The translations under genes were made by a program, and so were the position numbers. A stretch of DNA of 64,000 bases. It comes from Oikopleura dioica (taxonomy: Eukaryota; Animalia; Chordata). Each line of letters begins with the position of its first letter. Positions within the stretch are counted from its first letter, which is position 1. Location: NCBI GenBank assembly GCA_907165135.1, contig OU015568.1:434001-498000 (forward strand), given 5' to 3'. Below the pieces are notes generated by a model that was given only the letters and a program-made list of their open reading frames with translations, did not search any database and had not been told where the DNA came from. Of this stretch, positions 36,129 through 48,760 are shown in pieces.

Positions 36129-36407
36129 CCCTTACATTTTTTCTGAAATCTGATTTGCCCTACCGGCAATCTGCGGAAATCTTATTTGTCTTAAATTTGA
36201 CCAAAATTTTGGTAAAAATTTTTTGTCGAATTGAGCCATCTCCTCTCATTTTAGAATAAAAAATCAATCAGTTGCTATTAGCATTTACTGAGTATTTCAA
36301 GGATTCAAATTAAAAAATAGTTTATTCACAGAAAGGAAAGAAAGACGTATCTCTAACTGAATTTGGAAAATGATAAAAAAATACAAAATAAAATGGCAGT
36401 TTTCCGT

Positions 36408-36662
36408 TCAGGCAAATCGGGTGTTTATAAATCTGCTATCCGCACAGCATAATTGCACCAGGCTAGGGCAGCTTCTTCGTATAAGTTCTTCAGAACTGTT
36501 CAATCCTCGTCGAGTTCTAGCGGTCATGATCTTCGGACATTTGTTGCAGATCTGCCTTCCATGAGTCATACAAAGAGCAGAATGAAGATGTGCCACTCGC
36601 TTGTCTCCGAAACACTCACAAAACGAAAACAAGAAAAGAAATTGGAAAAGAAGAAATTTCAT
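36408..36662 (-). CDS. Small secreted Cys-rich peptide precursor, 84 aa
   Basis: Signal-like MKFLLFQFLFLFSFCEC; C-x7-C-x2-C, then furin site RTRR, then C-x6-CC. Confidence 0.6.
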   Translation of the reverse strand: MKFLLFQFLFLFSFCECFGDKRVAHLHSALCMTHGRQICNKCPKIMTARTRRGLNSSEELIRRSCPSLVQLCCADSRFINTRFA

Positions 36663-36976
36663 TCTCTATCTTTTGATTGAAGTTTTTTTCAAATTCTGAA
36701 ATCTAATTTGGACAGTTTCTGGAAAGAGGTATTCCCGGTTAAATAGTCCGATCACGAAGCGCGAGCGCCATCATTTGTCCGAGAGTTTTATGAACACGCT
36801 GTTTTCAAGGCCCTTGCCGAGTCAATTATTGAAGAAAATTAGGGTTCTCAAAGGAATTTTTTATTGCTTGCTCTTTCGAACTCTTTGCGTGGATTTTCGG
36901 ATTTTCGGAAAAAAAATATATTTTGAGATCGAAAAATAGAAAGATTTGCTTTTTCTGGTCTCGCATCTGCTAGTCT

Positions 36977-38077
36977 TCAGACACAAAAATCCGCGGGAAC
37001 CAAAAGAAGGACAGGAAGGTAAGTTGAGACAGTGTTTCCGATGATTTCTTGATTGACCATTTCATCCCCTTCAAAGTCAAGACGAACAATCGCATAGGGA
37101 TCGTTGTAGCCAGAAACCAGGAAAATTGAATCGTTGTACATGATTGCTGATCCGCGGGCGTCAGCCTTGAAGGTTATCAATTTTTGTTCCAGTTTTCTGA
37201 AGACTTACATTTTGAAGATCCCCGATTTGTGTCCAAATTTCATCTTGAAGAAGCCAAATCGCCGTTTGGGAAAACCAGTCATTCCCCTCAAAAAATCCTC
37301 CTCCCGCGAGCAAAACACTTCCACTAGGTAGCCCGATCAAAAAGTGATTGCCGGTTCGCCCCGGAAAGTCGTCCAAAGTAGACCAACCAGAAGAGCTCGG
37401 ATCATCAGTGAGTCTCAGAGTTTCGACTATATTCTCATAAGTTTTCAAGGAGTTTCCAACAGTCAATGGTTGTCCCTTATAGAAGGCAAGTTTCCCGCCA
37501 CCGTGCGGATATCTGGTTGAATTTGTGTAGACAGAGATTGTCGTGTCAAATATTTCACATCGTTGCGGACTCATACTATATTGAAAGCAAATTAAAGCTT
37601 TAGTCCCGTTGTCAATAGTCAGCGCGGCAGATTCTTGTTTCATTGGGTTGATTAATTTTGGAACCTGTTCTATCCACTCGCAGCCAACCAATTTCGCAAT
37701 CTTGAAATTATTTTCATTAAAATTTTGACTCTAAAAATTCTGGTTACTTTCATTGTATTTTGCCCACCAAAGATGTAAAGCTCATTCTTTATAAGAGCAT
37801 GAGGAGCCAATTCAAGGTAGTCGTCCCTCGGTGCTGAAATGGTCGCTTTCGTACTCGTCTGTCCGTCGAAAGAAATCGAGAAAGCCTCGTTCACGTCCGC
37901 GCCGATAACCAGAATACCCACAGGACAGAGGGTATTTTCGCAGTTATTGCATCCTTCTTTACAGTCAGCTCCACAAGGACAGCCGTTCCGGCAATCTGGG
38001 GAAGATAATAACTCACTTCTCTTAGGACTTACTGTCGTATTCCCTATCGCAAATGGATTGACAGTATTCCGTCTCAC
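36977..38077 (-). CDS. Kelch-like beta-propeller protein with N-terminal Cys cluster (lineage-expanded family)
   Basis: ELYIFGG, PHGGGKLAFYKGQPLTVG, SVLLAGG, SIFLVSG blades; ends LPVLLLVPADFCV*. Confidence 0.75.
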
Positions 38078-38761
38078 AGAGGAGACGGCATCGATTGAAT
38101 TCTAGTCTGCAGATTGACTCGCATTCTATTTGCAAGTGCTCATCACTAAAATTATTGTTTGATTCATGCAGAGCAGTTTATTTTTATGTAACTTACGGGC
38201 ACTTATCTTCTTTAGCTACAATAGCACTTCTATTCTCAATCGACGGGCGTGCTCTGAAGCTACAGTTAGCGCGAAACACGCCCTCGAAAAATATGAAAAT
38301 GCTGAGAAATCTCATCTAAGAAATGATATTCAAAATCGTTATAGTTTTTCAGGAGTACAAGTCGATTGATATGCAAATATTCAAAACGCCCTCGAAACCG
38401 ATTTGATATTTGACTACGCATAAAAATATTTAGCACCGGATAATTTAACTGTTTTTTGACTTTTTTCTAGAAAGATTTTTTTCTTCCTTGTTATCGAAAA
38501 TCTGAAATTCAGTTTAAAAAAATGGTAATTATCTTAATAGAAATCATGAGTGTAACTGTCGAATAAATTACTGCTTGTTTGGGCAGAGGACTCTGAGATG
38601 AGTTATTCTTTATTTGAGTCTCCTTTTGTCTGCACAGTGTAGTGCTAACACAAGCGCTACCACAATGGCCTCGAATTGTGCTTATTGACCAACAGGAGGA
38701 GTTTCAGATTTTCAAAACTTACGAGTTCAATAAAAAAGCAAACAAATACTAATTTTTGTAG

Positions 38762-40336
38762 AAGAAGGCAAAGAGTTTTACGAGCATGGAGTGCCAGTCA
38801 AGGCCGTCGATTCCGTCAAGATTCAAGGTGCAGATCTTGCCCAATTCACTTGAAAAAAAGGCTTTCTGTAAGTAAAGAACTGAAAAATTTTATCATTCCT
38901 ATCCGTCAGTTATTTTCCTCTTATAACTTGAACTAAAATTTCTTTCCAAAAATACTCAAATTGGAATTATTTATAAACCAAATTGGACAGTTGACTTGTT
39001 ATAAAATTGATTACAAAAGAAGTTCCGAGCAATTTCTCAATTAACTATTTTCAGCATCAACAGAAGCCCGATTCAAAGATTCAAATATCTCAGAAACCCC
39101 TGGTCCAGGAGCGTACTCAAATCAGAAGGATTGGGGAGTCGGTGAATCGCCATCTTTTGGAAAGCGTGGAACTGGCTATTTCGCCTCGCAATCAAGGTTG
39201 TTTTTATCAATTGTTTTATTGCTGAAGTTGTTATATAAATATGTCTTCGGCTATTGAATACCGCATTTTATAACATTGAAACTCGGGGACAAGACGCTAA
39301 TCTCTCATATAAAGCAATGAACATACAAGGCAATAAATAGTGTTCACGGTATCACAATAATTTTCCAGCGACTTGAATCTAATAAAATCGGACAAAGGCG
39401 TCTTTTAATTCTGAGTTCACGCGCTTAACTCTAGGTTGATGTAAACCTTTTAGGCGTTTACCTCGGATGAAGAAGCAGGGTGGCCCGTCAGCAAGTACTT
39501 ACGCGATTTCAACAAATTTTTCGGATAGAAAAGATTTCTCCCGAGCTTATAGCTACGGTTTTCAGATCCCAAGAACCCAGGTAAAGAAGACTTTGAAAAT
39601 CTAAATCAATTTTTACTCAAAGCCAATCAAAAAAATTGCCGAGAAAACTCCTGCTCCGAACAAATACGATCCTGTCAAGGTAAAAAATAGGCTGTTTACC
39701 CATTTATTTATCCTCTTCTAGAGCTTGCAAAACCTGGAAAAATCACAAGGAACCACTTCTGTATTCAAAAGCAAAAGCAAAAGGGGACTGAAGACCAGTG
39801 CTTCTTCCACTGTTGCGCCAAATGCATACAATCCAAAGCCGCTGGAAAAGAAATCCTCTACTATGAACTGGTTTAGAGATACTGCTGAGCGATTCCCTTT
39901 GAAAAATGAGTACTCAGGTAACGATAACTAAATAAATCAGCGTTTATCTCAATTTCTAGATGGGCCAGGACCGGCAGCGTACTCCAGCAGCACAAATCTG
40001 AAAGCTTCAAAAAGCAATACAACGAATCAACCATGCAGAGGATGGAATCTTATTTCCGCTCCAGCATTGCCAGTTGACAAACCAGGTCCTCTTCCTGGAC
40101 CGGGGCAATATGGTAAAGGATGTTTTTTTGTTCTCAGTCTTATTTGTTTATTAGATGTTGGGGTCTACAAATCCCCAGTTAAAGAATCCATGGGAAGCTA
40201 CATGTTCAAATCCAACTCATCCCGACTAACCAAGGCAAAGATTGCAAGTCAACCCGGCCCGGGAGCCTACACGCCGAAAGAATTCGAGCGTTTTTCTTAC
40301 AGACATCCAGCAAGCAATCACTTCGTCGCTGCGTAA
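38762..40336 (+). CDS. STPG1: Sperm-tail PG-rich repeat (SHIPPO-repeat) protein
   Basis: Repeats TPGPGAY, TPAPNKY, VAPNAY, GPGPAAY, PGPGQY, PGPGAY in small exons; N-terminal SIPSRFKVQILPNSLEKKAF resembles STPG1. Confidence 0.75.
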
Positions 40337-40743
40337 ATTCTTCTTACTCTCTTTTACATTTTTATAATTAATATAAATATTTTTGTACACTTTATATTCA
40401 TTTATTTTTGAATGATCAAACATATGTCAAAATCGTCAAGCATAACGACGAAGATGAAAATACAAGAAGATCGAAATATTCTGATGTATTGTTAATATTA
40501 TTAGTTTTCTTTTGCCACGTCGTTTTCAAATTCACGGCCGCGGGTAAAACTCGCCGTCGCCCGGGGCGCGCTTGAGTCGGTGCATTGCCTCGGGCCGATA
40601 ATTCTCCTGCTGCATTGCGCTCAGCTATCGGTGAGTTCTACCCATTCTTTTCATTCTTTTGAATTGTTGTTTTTGGTAAATCCGGAGAGAAATCAACAAC
40701 GACTCATCTTGTAAAGAAATTTTTTCAGATTGGGAGACAGTCG

Positions 40744-43700
40744 ATGAAACAATGCCTTGGCCTTTTAGGGCTGTTCAGCCCTGTCAAAAGGTTTAAAAAT
40801 TTGATAAGTTTTGAAGTTAAAGGAGAATTTAGTGGCTATTTAACGAATAATTTTGTTGTCGAACTTCAACCTGAATATCTTCCTGAAACTCAATCTCTTC
40901 TCAAGGTATCCTTATTTTATAAATATAAATCAGATAGCTCTATTTTTTCTTTTTGATTATAAAAATGAGCGGTTAAGATGGTCGTTATCGATTTTTATCT
41001 CGCCTAAACCTGACCTTAATTGAGCAAATTCAAGCGTGTTTTTAAGCCACAAAAGTGGGTATAATTATAAATGAGGTCATTATTATATTACCGAAGCCCA
41101 GAATGCATCTTTCATTCGGTCAATGAAAGAATGTATGCCAGTGATTGGCCCGATCGATCGATCCCTCAGCCAGCTTCTGTTTCGGATCTCCGTCAAGTCC
41201 CATTTGAAAGCCCGAGGCTTGAAGGCTTTAATTATTGACGGGAGTAATCTGTTGGTTAACATTGAATTTTAGCGACATGGATTGGAAGTGCGATCGGTTC
41301 CGGATGGACTTCTTGGGGAGAATACCTTTTTGCTCAAGCGATCTGGCATGCCAAATTTGCTCAAGAAAAGGTATACTTTCTAGGGTGCGGGTAAGAGCTA
41401 GGCCCTTATCTGTTCATTTTGAACAAAGTCAAAAAAATTTCGAGAAGAAAATTTTTTTTTCGCAATAAAAAATTCTATAATAAGCATTCTCGATAAGTTT
41501 GAAATAAGAACCAATAAAATTGTCTGCTAGACAAATTGTAGCAAGGCCTTTTGTACAGAGACAGACACTCTGAGCAAGAACTGTTTAATAATTAATGATA
41601 GAATCTGATTCTTCTGCGTACTGAGCGTGTCAGAGTCTTTACTTATTGTTTCCACTAGCCAAGCAGAAAACTACATGAGGGAACTTGCACGCGACTACAG
41701 AATCCGCCGTACATATCCAATGGAGCCTCTGAGGCGTGACAAACGCGGCATGCGAGGGGATACCTTTGAACCGGATACACGGGCAAAGGGTGGCTATCAC
41801 GGTCAGGTTAGTGCATTTTTTCGTTTTCGTTTTTCGTTTTCGTCATCAATTATTCCATCTTTTGCGCTGCGCAAAAGTAAGGCCGATAGTCTGACAACAA
41901 TCGGATAAGCGCTGCTGACGTCAGCATAAATATAATTAAAACGCTTCTTCAATGATTTTTTCAGGATCCTCTGTGGAACGCTGAGTGGTACATTCAAAAC
42001 ACCGGACAAGATGATGGAACACCTGGACTTGATTTGAATGTGACTCATGTCTGGCAGCGGGGATTTACTGGCAGAGGAGTTACAGTCGCGATTCTCGATG
42101 ATGGAGTTGATTACAACCATCCTGATCTCTTCCCGAATTACAGGTTCGATTAGCAACTAGATAATGGAATAAAGCAATATTCTAGCCCGGAAGACTCGTG
42201 GGACTTCTCCGGCAACGACCCGTATCCCTACCCCCGTTGGACTTCAAACGGCTTCAACAGCCATGGAACCCGCTGCGCAGGTGAAATCGCTGCCGTCGCT
42301 GACAATGGAATCTGCGGAGTCGGCATCGCATACAACTCGAAGGTAAAAAATATATAAATTGATGGCTAGACGTTGATCGTAAAGGAGGATGTTGTGAATA
42401 AATGATGTTCAGATCGCGGCAGTACGTATGCTCGATCAACCCTACATGACGGATGCGATCGAAGCGAGTTCCATGGGCTTTAGGCCGCAGAATATTGATA
42501 TTTACAGGTAACAATTATGATTTGTACAACATCAAAAAAAAAAAACCATAATTAGTTTCTATGCTTTAAATTATGGATTTTTTTCTTTTGTGGCGTTTCT
42601 GACAACTTTGAGTTATCATTAGCTCGTTCAAAAGATCGCTCGGGGCTTTATCTAAGAATTATCTATGAATTTCAAACAGGTTAAAAATGTTCTATCAAAA
42701 TAAGTCATTGAACCTTCAGCGCGTCCTGGGGGCCAACAGATGATGGAAAAACTGTCGATGGTCCCCGAGAGCTCACCCTCCAAGCTATGCGAGACGGAGT
42801 TAACAAGGGTCGAAATGGAAAAGGTACCTTTTTGATGAAATATTTTCTTATTACTCATCAGGCTCAATCTATGTGTGGGCATCCGGAGATGGAGGACCTT
42901 TCGATGATTGCAACTTAGACGGTTATGCAAGCTCCATGTGGACCATCAGGCTCGAGTTCAAAGAGAATCAACGAATTAATATATATGTGGAAAGAATATT
43001 GGCAGTTATTTACTCGATATGAAGCATTAATTCGGCTGTCAACGACGGCGAGACGGCGATCTACGACGAGTCCTGCTCCTCGATCGTCGCATCGACTTTT
43101 TCATCGGGCAAGGTCGGCGCTCGAAGCAATGCGGGCGTCGCCACCACTGATCTGTATGGCAATTGTACAATGAAGCACTCGGGTAAGTAGGCCGGCATGT
43201 CCTCGAGCGGGGGAATTACAGTTATACATCCATTAGAGAGAGATCCAGTAAATACTTTATTGACTAGTTTATTATAATATTCCAAGAACGATTCATTTGG
43301 ATACAGTATTGAACAAAGAGTATGGTAACTGTAAGCTATTTTCAATTTTAGGCACATCAGCCGCAGCGCCAGAAGCTGCTGGCGTAATCGCGCTCGCCCT
43401 CGAAGCTAATCCAGATTTGACGTGGAGGGACGTTCAGGAGGGTTTTATTATTAATCCCATAAGTCAGAGTCAATCACTTTTCCATTTCGTACCCCACTTT
43501 CAAAACTATTCCGAAAGCATCTTCTCGTTTACACATCAAAGAAGCGAACGCTTTCGGATCCGCGACACCCTTGGCAGGTCAATGGCGCTGGATTCTTATT
43601 CAACCATCTTTTCGGGTAGAAAAATTTTGGGCTCAAAAGACAATTTTTTATGAATTCAGGTTCGGAGTGATCGACGCAGGATCGCTAGTTGAAGAAGCTT

Positions 43701-45021
43701 TGAAATGGAAAAATGCGCCAGAGCGAAAATCTTGCATCGTTGGAGAAATGGAGATCGACAAAATGACATTTACAGGCGGCGAACCTGTAGAAATGTCTTT
43801 CAATACAGGTTTTTTCTTTCCTCTATCTCATCCTTTAAATTTTTTCCTAGATTCCTGCGCCGGAAAAAGCAATGAAGTAAACTACATCGAACACGTCCAA
43901 GCTTTCATTTGTACGTACTCTTCCTTGATTTCAAAAAGATCAAAACATGAATTGTAGCCGTGAAAACATCTCGACGCGGAGATTTGGCGATCAATATGAC
44001 GTCTCCTATGAGCACAAGTAGGTCTATCTTTTTCTGTTGATGACAGTTCGCCCTTGACGAGCAGACTCATTTGAGAATCTTTTTATAAATACCAGATTTA
44101 TCGGTCGAGTGAGCCAAATATAAGACTGAATCGTTCCTTCGCAAAACTCAAGTCTAGTTTTTGTTTCTCGAGGGACTCGAATTCATTCTTTGCTTCGGCA
44201 TTTTTGACTGTTTCTTCTCTTATATCCAAGAATCACATGAGCTGTCTAGAAACAGCAAGCTTTTATTAATATTAATCTCTTTATTTATCAGCTCACTCTC
44301 TTTTTGAAAAGCCTCTCTCTTTTGCCAAAGTAATAAGTGTCGATTTTGTCAAACAAAAACTGAATCGTTCCTTCGCAAAACGATTTTAAATTCAGCTTTT
44401 CGAAGAATTCGATTTCATTTTCTTCTTTGACAATAATTTTTCGATTCTCCTTCTTGTTTTGTTGGACGAAAACTCCCTCGAAAATGGGTTTTATGCCGAG
44501 AAATAATCCTCGCAAAAAGTCACGATGGATCAAAACATAGCTCCTCGACCTTTCAACTTCCCATGTTTCAACTTCCAGATTATCATTTACGATCATTTTC
44601 CAAGCTTCAAAGAAACGAACCAAGTTTTTTAACTCCTTTGACAGCACTTAGTTAAAATAAGAAAATCCATTTTTCCGCGAATAAGTTTAAGAACAAACCT
44701 TTTATAATAAATATTTGATTGATTGCGCGTTTTAAAATATTGAACAAGCAAGAACACTTACTAAATACTTCAGCGTCAAAACTTCTCCAGCCGAGGCCAA
44801 GGGATGACGATAGCGTGGTTGGGCTGAACGAATGGCCTTTCGTTTCGGTCCAGTTCTGGGGTGAGCGTTCCAGAGGAGAATGGAAGGTGCGAGTCGCCTT
44901 GAGCGAATTAACCCTGCAACAACAACAAGCCAAAGTCCTGAAATGGAAGCTCGTCATCCACGGAACCAAAGACCCCTGGAGTCACATTCCGAGCCACATG
45001 TCTGACAAAATCAAAAGTTGA
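40744..45021 (+). CDS. PCSK2: Prohormone convertase 2 (subtilisin/kexin type 2)
   Basis: Catalytic [15 protein letters not shown] and HSG|TSAAAP; PC2-diagnostic [10 protein letters not shown] and oxyanion Asp in YVWASGDGG; P domain RGDL...WGERSRGEW. Confidence 0.93.
44100..44647 (-). pseudogene. Antisense coding-like fragment inside a PCSK2 intron, with an internal duplication
   Basis: 119-aa ORF 44288-44647 within intron ~44020-44773; 22-bp direct repeat CTGAATCGTTCCTTCGCAAAAC at ~44127 and ~44361. Confidence 0.4.
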
Positions 45022-46138
45022 TTTCAAATTTTTAATTATTCTTATTCTGCAGAGTCTTCAACGCAAAACTTTCTTCAATCTTTTTTCTTCACCTCGTTCA
45101 GTTTTTATTTTTTAATTTTTTGAATCCATGAAGTTCATCAAAACATCTTTTCATTTTTTTTTTATTTTTTACAACTTTTTTCTTCTGTCCTTCTTTCTGA
45201 TTTCTTTCCTTTTTCCGCACTGTTTGTTTATTTATTTTTTAAGAAAAAAAATCCCGCTAATTTATTACTAAAATTTATAATTAATAATTTAATATTGTGA
45301 ATTATACACTAGTCGACTAGGGTGCCATTCAAAATGTTACGCTAAAAAAATCAAAAATAATAAAAAAAATTCATCTCATCATTGCTTGTCTTAATTTCTC
45401 AAAATAAGGGTATCAGTATTTTAGTTTTCATGTATTTTTCTCGCACAGAGGGGTTATCATTTGAGCCTTTCACTTTCAGTTTTTCAAAAAAACGTTTTAA
45501 AACTCATTTCAAGGCCGATTTTCGGATAATTTTCAAAAGATTATCGAGTAAACTCTTTCAAAGTACCCTTAGTTTTCGGATAAAAAATTCTCATTTGGGC
45601 GTTATGAGCAGATGAATGACCAAGGATCGGTCGCGTGGCGCATCTTGGCGGGCTAAGGTTAATTGTTGAAACTTTCCATTAAACATTCTCCCTGCATTTT
45701 ACACTGCAACTTGAAGTCTGCAAGTTCTTTTGAGAGCCTGTTTTAAAAAATGGCAAAATTAAAATGAATGAGTCAAACAAAGGATCGATCAAGAATCTGG
45801 GATTCGGCGGCAATAGAGGTCTTGTTCGAAAAGTCTTTACGAAAACGAAAATTTTGACAAAAAGTGACAATGTTTATAATTTGCCCTGACTGTTTGTGAG
45901 TTGGAAGGGTCCAATTTTTTTTTGCTTATAAAATGAGAATTTTTTCTTAAATTTTTTTTTTATTTTTGAGTTTTGCCTTGCTCAATGTACTGGACTCAAT
46001 GTGACTGTAGCATATTTATTACACAGTGGTTAAATCACTGGGCTCCTGCTTGAGTGTGTGTTTTGTAGAGTATCTATTGCGTGAGTGAGTGATCCTTGCG
46101 GATCGTGCACAGAAAGGGCGATGGGAAACGCTCACTGC

Positions 46139-46647
46139 TTACATTCCGGCTTTTGCAATTGAGTCGACAACTTGCATGAATTTAGTGTCAGCAAATCTTT
46201 TTTTCTTCTTTTTGCCGAACGTTGCTGCCAATATTTTCCTTATTTTCTCCATGACTTTTTCTTGCTCCATTTTTTTCCATTCTGGGGTGCCTGGTTCTGG
46301 TTGAGGTTTGTTGTAATTGGTCTCAGGACCATCAGTATAGTCTGCATTGTCTTCCTGTCCCGCCTCGATGAGAGCGCAGAGGAAAGCGATGAACTCGATA
46401 AATTCACCGAAGGACATATTCTCGTCGAGGCCCTCGTCCAACATCATCATGAGCCCATTTGAAATATCTTTGGAGGAGAACATCTCGTCTTTATCTAAAG
46501 CTTGTTGTTAAGAAAATTTAAGCACTTTGCTAACTTACCTTGAGCCATCATCTTCAAGAGCTCTTCTTTGGAGAGCATTTTGTCATCACCAGCGTGGTCG
46601 TTGAAGATCTCAATCATCGACTTCGTCAAATCGAATATTTTTGCCAT
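46139..46647 (-). CDS. S100-like EF-hand protein with a C-terminal extension; 2 exons (intron 46501-46538)
   Basis: MAKIFDLTKSMIEIFNDHAGDDKMLSKEELLKMMAQ resembles the S100 pseudo-EF hand (cf. S100A10 MMFTFHKFAGDKGYLTKEDL); LMMMLDEGLDENMSFGEFIEFIAFL resembles the canonical hand. Confidence 0.75.
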
Positions 46648-46749
46648 CTTTGCGTTTCACAGAAGTGAATGAACTTTAGCGGAAACGCTCGATTTTATTT
46701 GTAAAATGCTTCCGGTATTATTCATTATCACGCTCTTCAGTGGGTTTCA

Positions 46750-47509
46750 GAAATGCGCATTTTGCGCGAATATTCCACAAAATTTTTATAAATTCGCAAT
46801 CCACAAAACGCAATTTTCATGGATTTTGCGCAAAATTTCTGCGCTTTTTGCGAAGATTGGCGGATCAGATTCTCATTTATCATCGAATCAACAACTTTGG
46901 CATTAATTTGCGGAAAAAATTTCTGTATTTACACCATCTGCTCATCAGAAAGCGATTATTTTCGATTATTTTCGAGAAGTGCCGTTTCAGCCCCGTTCCT
47001 TGATCTCTTAATTAAAGGGGCTTGAGAAAGGCTTGGAAGTCTGAGTTGATCAATCTCAGTTCTACCCACACCTATTATTTAAAAAATTCATATTATCTTT
47101 GTTTTTAGCTTAATTATGGTTTTTTTTGAAAACCTTGAAAATAATTTTTATAACCTCGTTATAATGTCCCCTTTTTATAAAAATTTTAAAATTTTATCTC
47201 TTCATGTCAATTGGAAAAAAAACGGGGCGAAAATATCACAAAAATCGCAGATTTTCGCGAAATGTGCAAAAATCCCGCAGAATCAGCCTAATTCTGCATA
47301 TTGCGCGTTATTTGCGCAATCCGCAATTCCGCAAAAAACGCAAAATCCGCAAATTTTCCGCAAAATAAAGAAATTTCCATTTCCCGCAAAACTGCGCAAA
47401 ATTCCGCAAATTGCGCGATTTTCGGATTTCGCAGCGCAAAACAGCGCAAAATCGCACCCGAAAAATTCCGCAATCGTAGCGCATCGCAAAGCAAAAATTT
47501 CTGCGAATA
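46750..47509. repeat. Low-complexity array of degenerate (GC)GCAAAATT(CCGC)-like motifs, two blocks around an AT-rich core
   Basis: Dense GCGCAAAA / TTTTGCGC / CCGCAAAA motifs at ~46750-46900 and ~47240-47505. Confidence 0.6.
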
Positions 47510-47955
47510 TAAAATAGGTGGTGGCCTAAAACGTCGTCCAGTTGCTGCATATGCGGCCTTGAACGTCTCTCCTGTTCTTGCATGTGTAGGCCTAAAACGT
47601 CTTTCCTGTTGCTGCATGTGTTGCTTAAAACGTCTTTTGGGCCCCTAGGCTAATATCTATTTTTCCTGTCTCATCGTTACGTAAGAAGCCGAGTCATCGT
47701 CGAGGCTAGCTATTATTGCTATTATTGGGCTGTTAGGCGACGTGGCTTTACCAAGCATCTCTCGACTCACTCATTCATTTAGCCTAGGGGCCCAAAAGAC
47801 GTTTTAGGCAACACATGCAGCAACAGGAAAGACGTTTTGAGCAACACATGCAGGAACAGGAAAGACGTTTTAGGCCTACACATGCAAGAACAGGAGAGAC
47901 GTTTTAGGCCGCACATGCAGCAACTGGACGACGTTTTAGGCCACCACCTATTTTA
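47510..47955. mobile_element. Foldback-type element with modular inverted arms
   Basis: Arms 47510-47652 and 47780-47955 are reverse complements built of ~33-bp units (3 left, 4 right) around a 127-bp spacer; TA at both outer ends. Confidence 0.85.
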
Positions 47956-47988
47956 CATCCCTGGTGACCAAATATTATAGAAAACCGT

Positions 47989-48266
47989 TTACAAAACCTT
48001 TAAAAAGCAGGAAACAAGGGATTTCTAGAACGTTTCGGATTTTACCCTCCGAGTGCCGGGATTTCAGGTTTTTTCCCGGCACAAGGAGGGTACCCGCTTT
48101 CTTGCGATCATATTGATCTCGATATTGGAATCGATCACGAAATTGGTCGCTCTGGTCCCTAAACTGATCGCGGACCTGGTCGATTTGATCCCTGAACTTG
48201 TCGATTTGGTCACGGATGTTGTCGCGGAACAGGTCGGTTTCGGAATTCGTCGGTTTCGTGCTGGCT
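47989..48266 (-). CDS. Orphan exon encoding RDQ(I/F)DQ heptad-like repeats
   Basis: Follows an AATTAG acceptor; reads ...DLFRDNIRDQIDKFRDQIDQVRDQFRDQSDQFRDRFQYRDQYDRKK...; no ATG of its own. Confidence 0.35.
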
Positions 48267-48760
48267 AATTTAAAAAAATGCTGATTTTATTTTTGATGAT
48301 TTGCATTATTTTACGACGTAAAATAGACGTTCATTAAAATGAAAGTACGGTCAGTTGATGTAAGAGTTTATTTCCGGTTCGAATTTAGACCCTTTGCTAT
48401 TTGGGTAATTCCGAAAAAGGGATATCAATAAGTATGTATATTTTTTGGTTTATTTTTTGGCCCGTAGTAAATATTGAGCCTCCTGAAAAGAAGAGACTTT
48501 CATTAGTATTTTAGTAAAAAGGTCTGCCGAAAAGTTTTTCCCAAAAAAATGATTTCCATTTCGGCACTGTGCATAAAAGTTTTCTTGAAAATAGGCTTCA
48601 AAATGGAAATGCTTTGCGGCATTTTTGCCGAAAAGGAAATCTCTACTACCGAAGATAGCACCTCCTATTATTAAATAACGATTTTATTTGCATTTTACAC
48701 CTTCAAAATAATAACTCGCTAAAAGCAAAACCACCATTTTTCACGCAATCCCCTGAAAGC

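Noticed and set aside
36408-36662. Classification as an insulin/relaxin-family peptide
   Set aside because: Cysteine spacing does not match the insulin superfamily; kept as an unassigned precursor.
47116-47648. Several 110-130 aa ORFs over the GCGCAAAA array and foldback arm
   Set aside because: They are by-products of low-complexity repeats on both strands.
47510-47955. CRISPR-like array of ~33-bp units
   Set aside because: The units are contiguous with no unique spacers, are arranged as inverted arms, and lie in a eukaryotic context with no cas genes.
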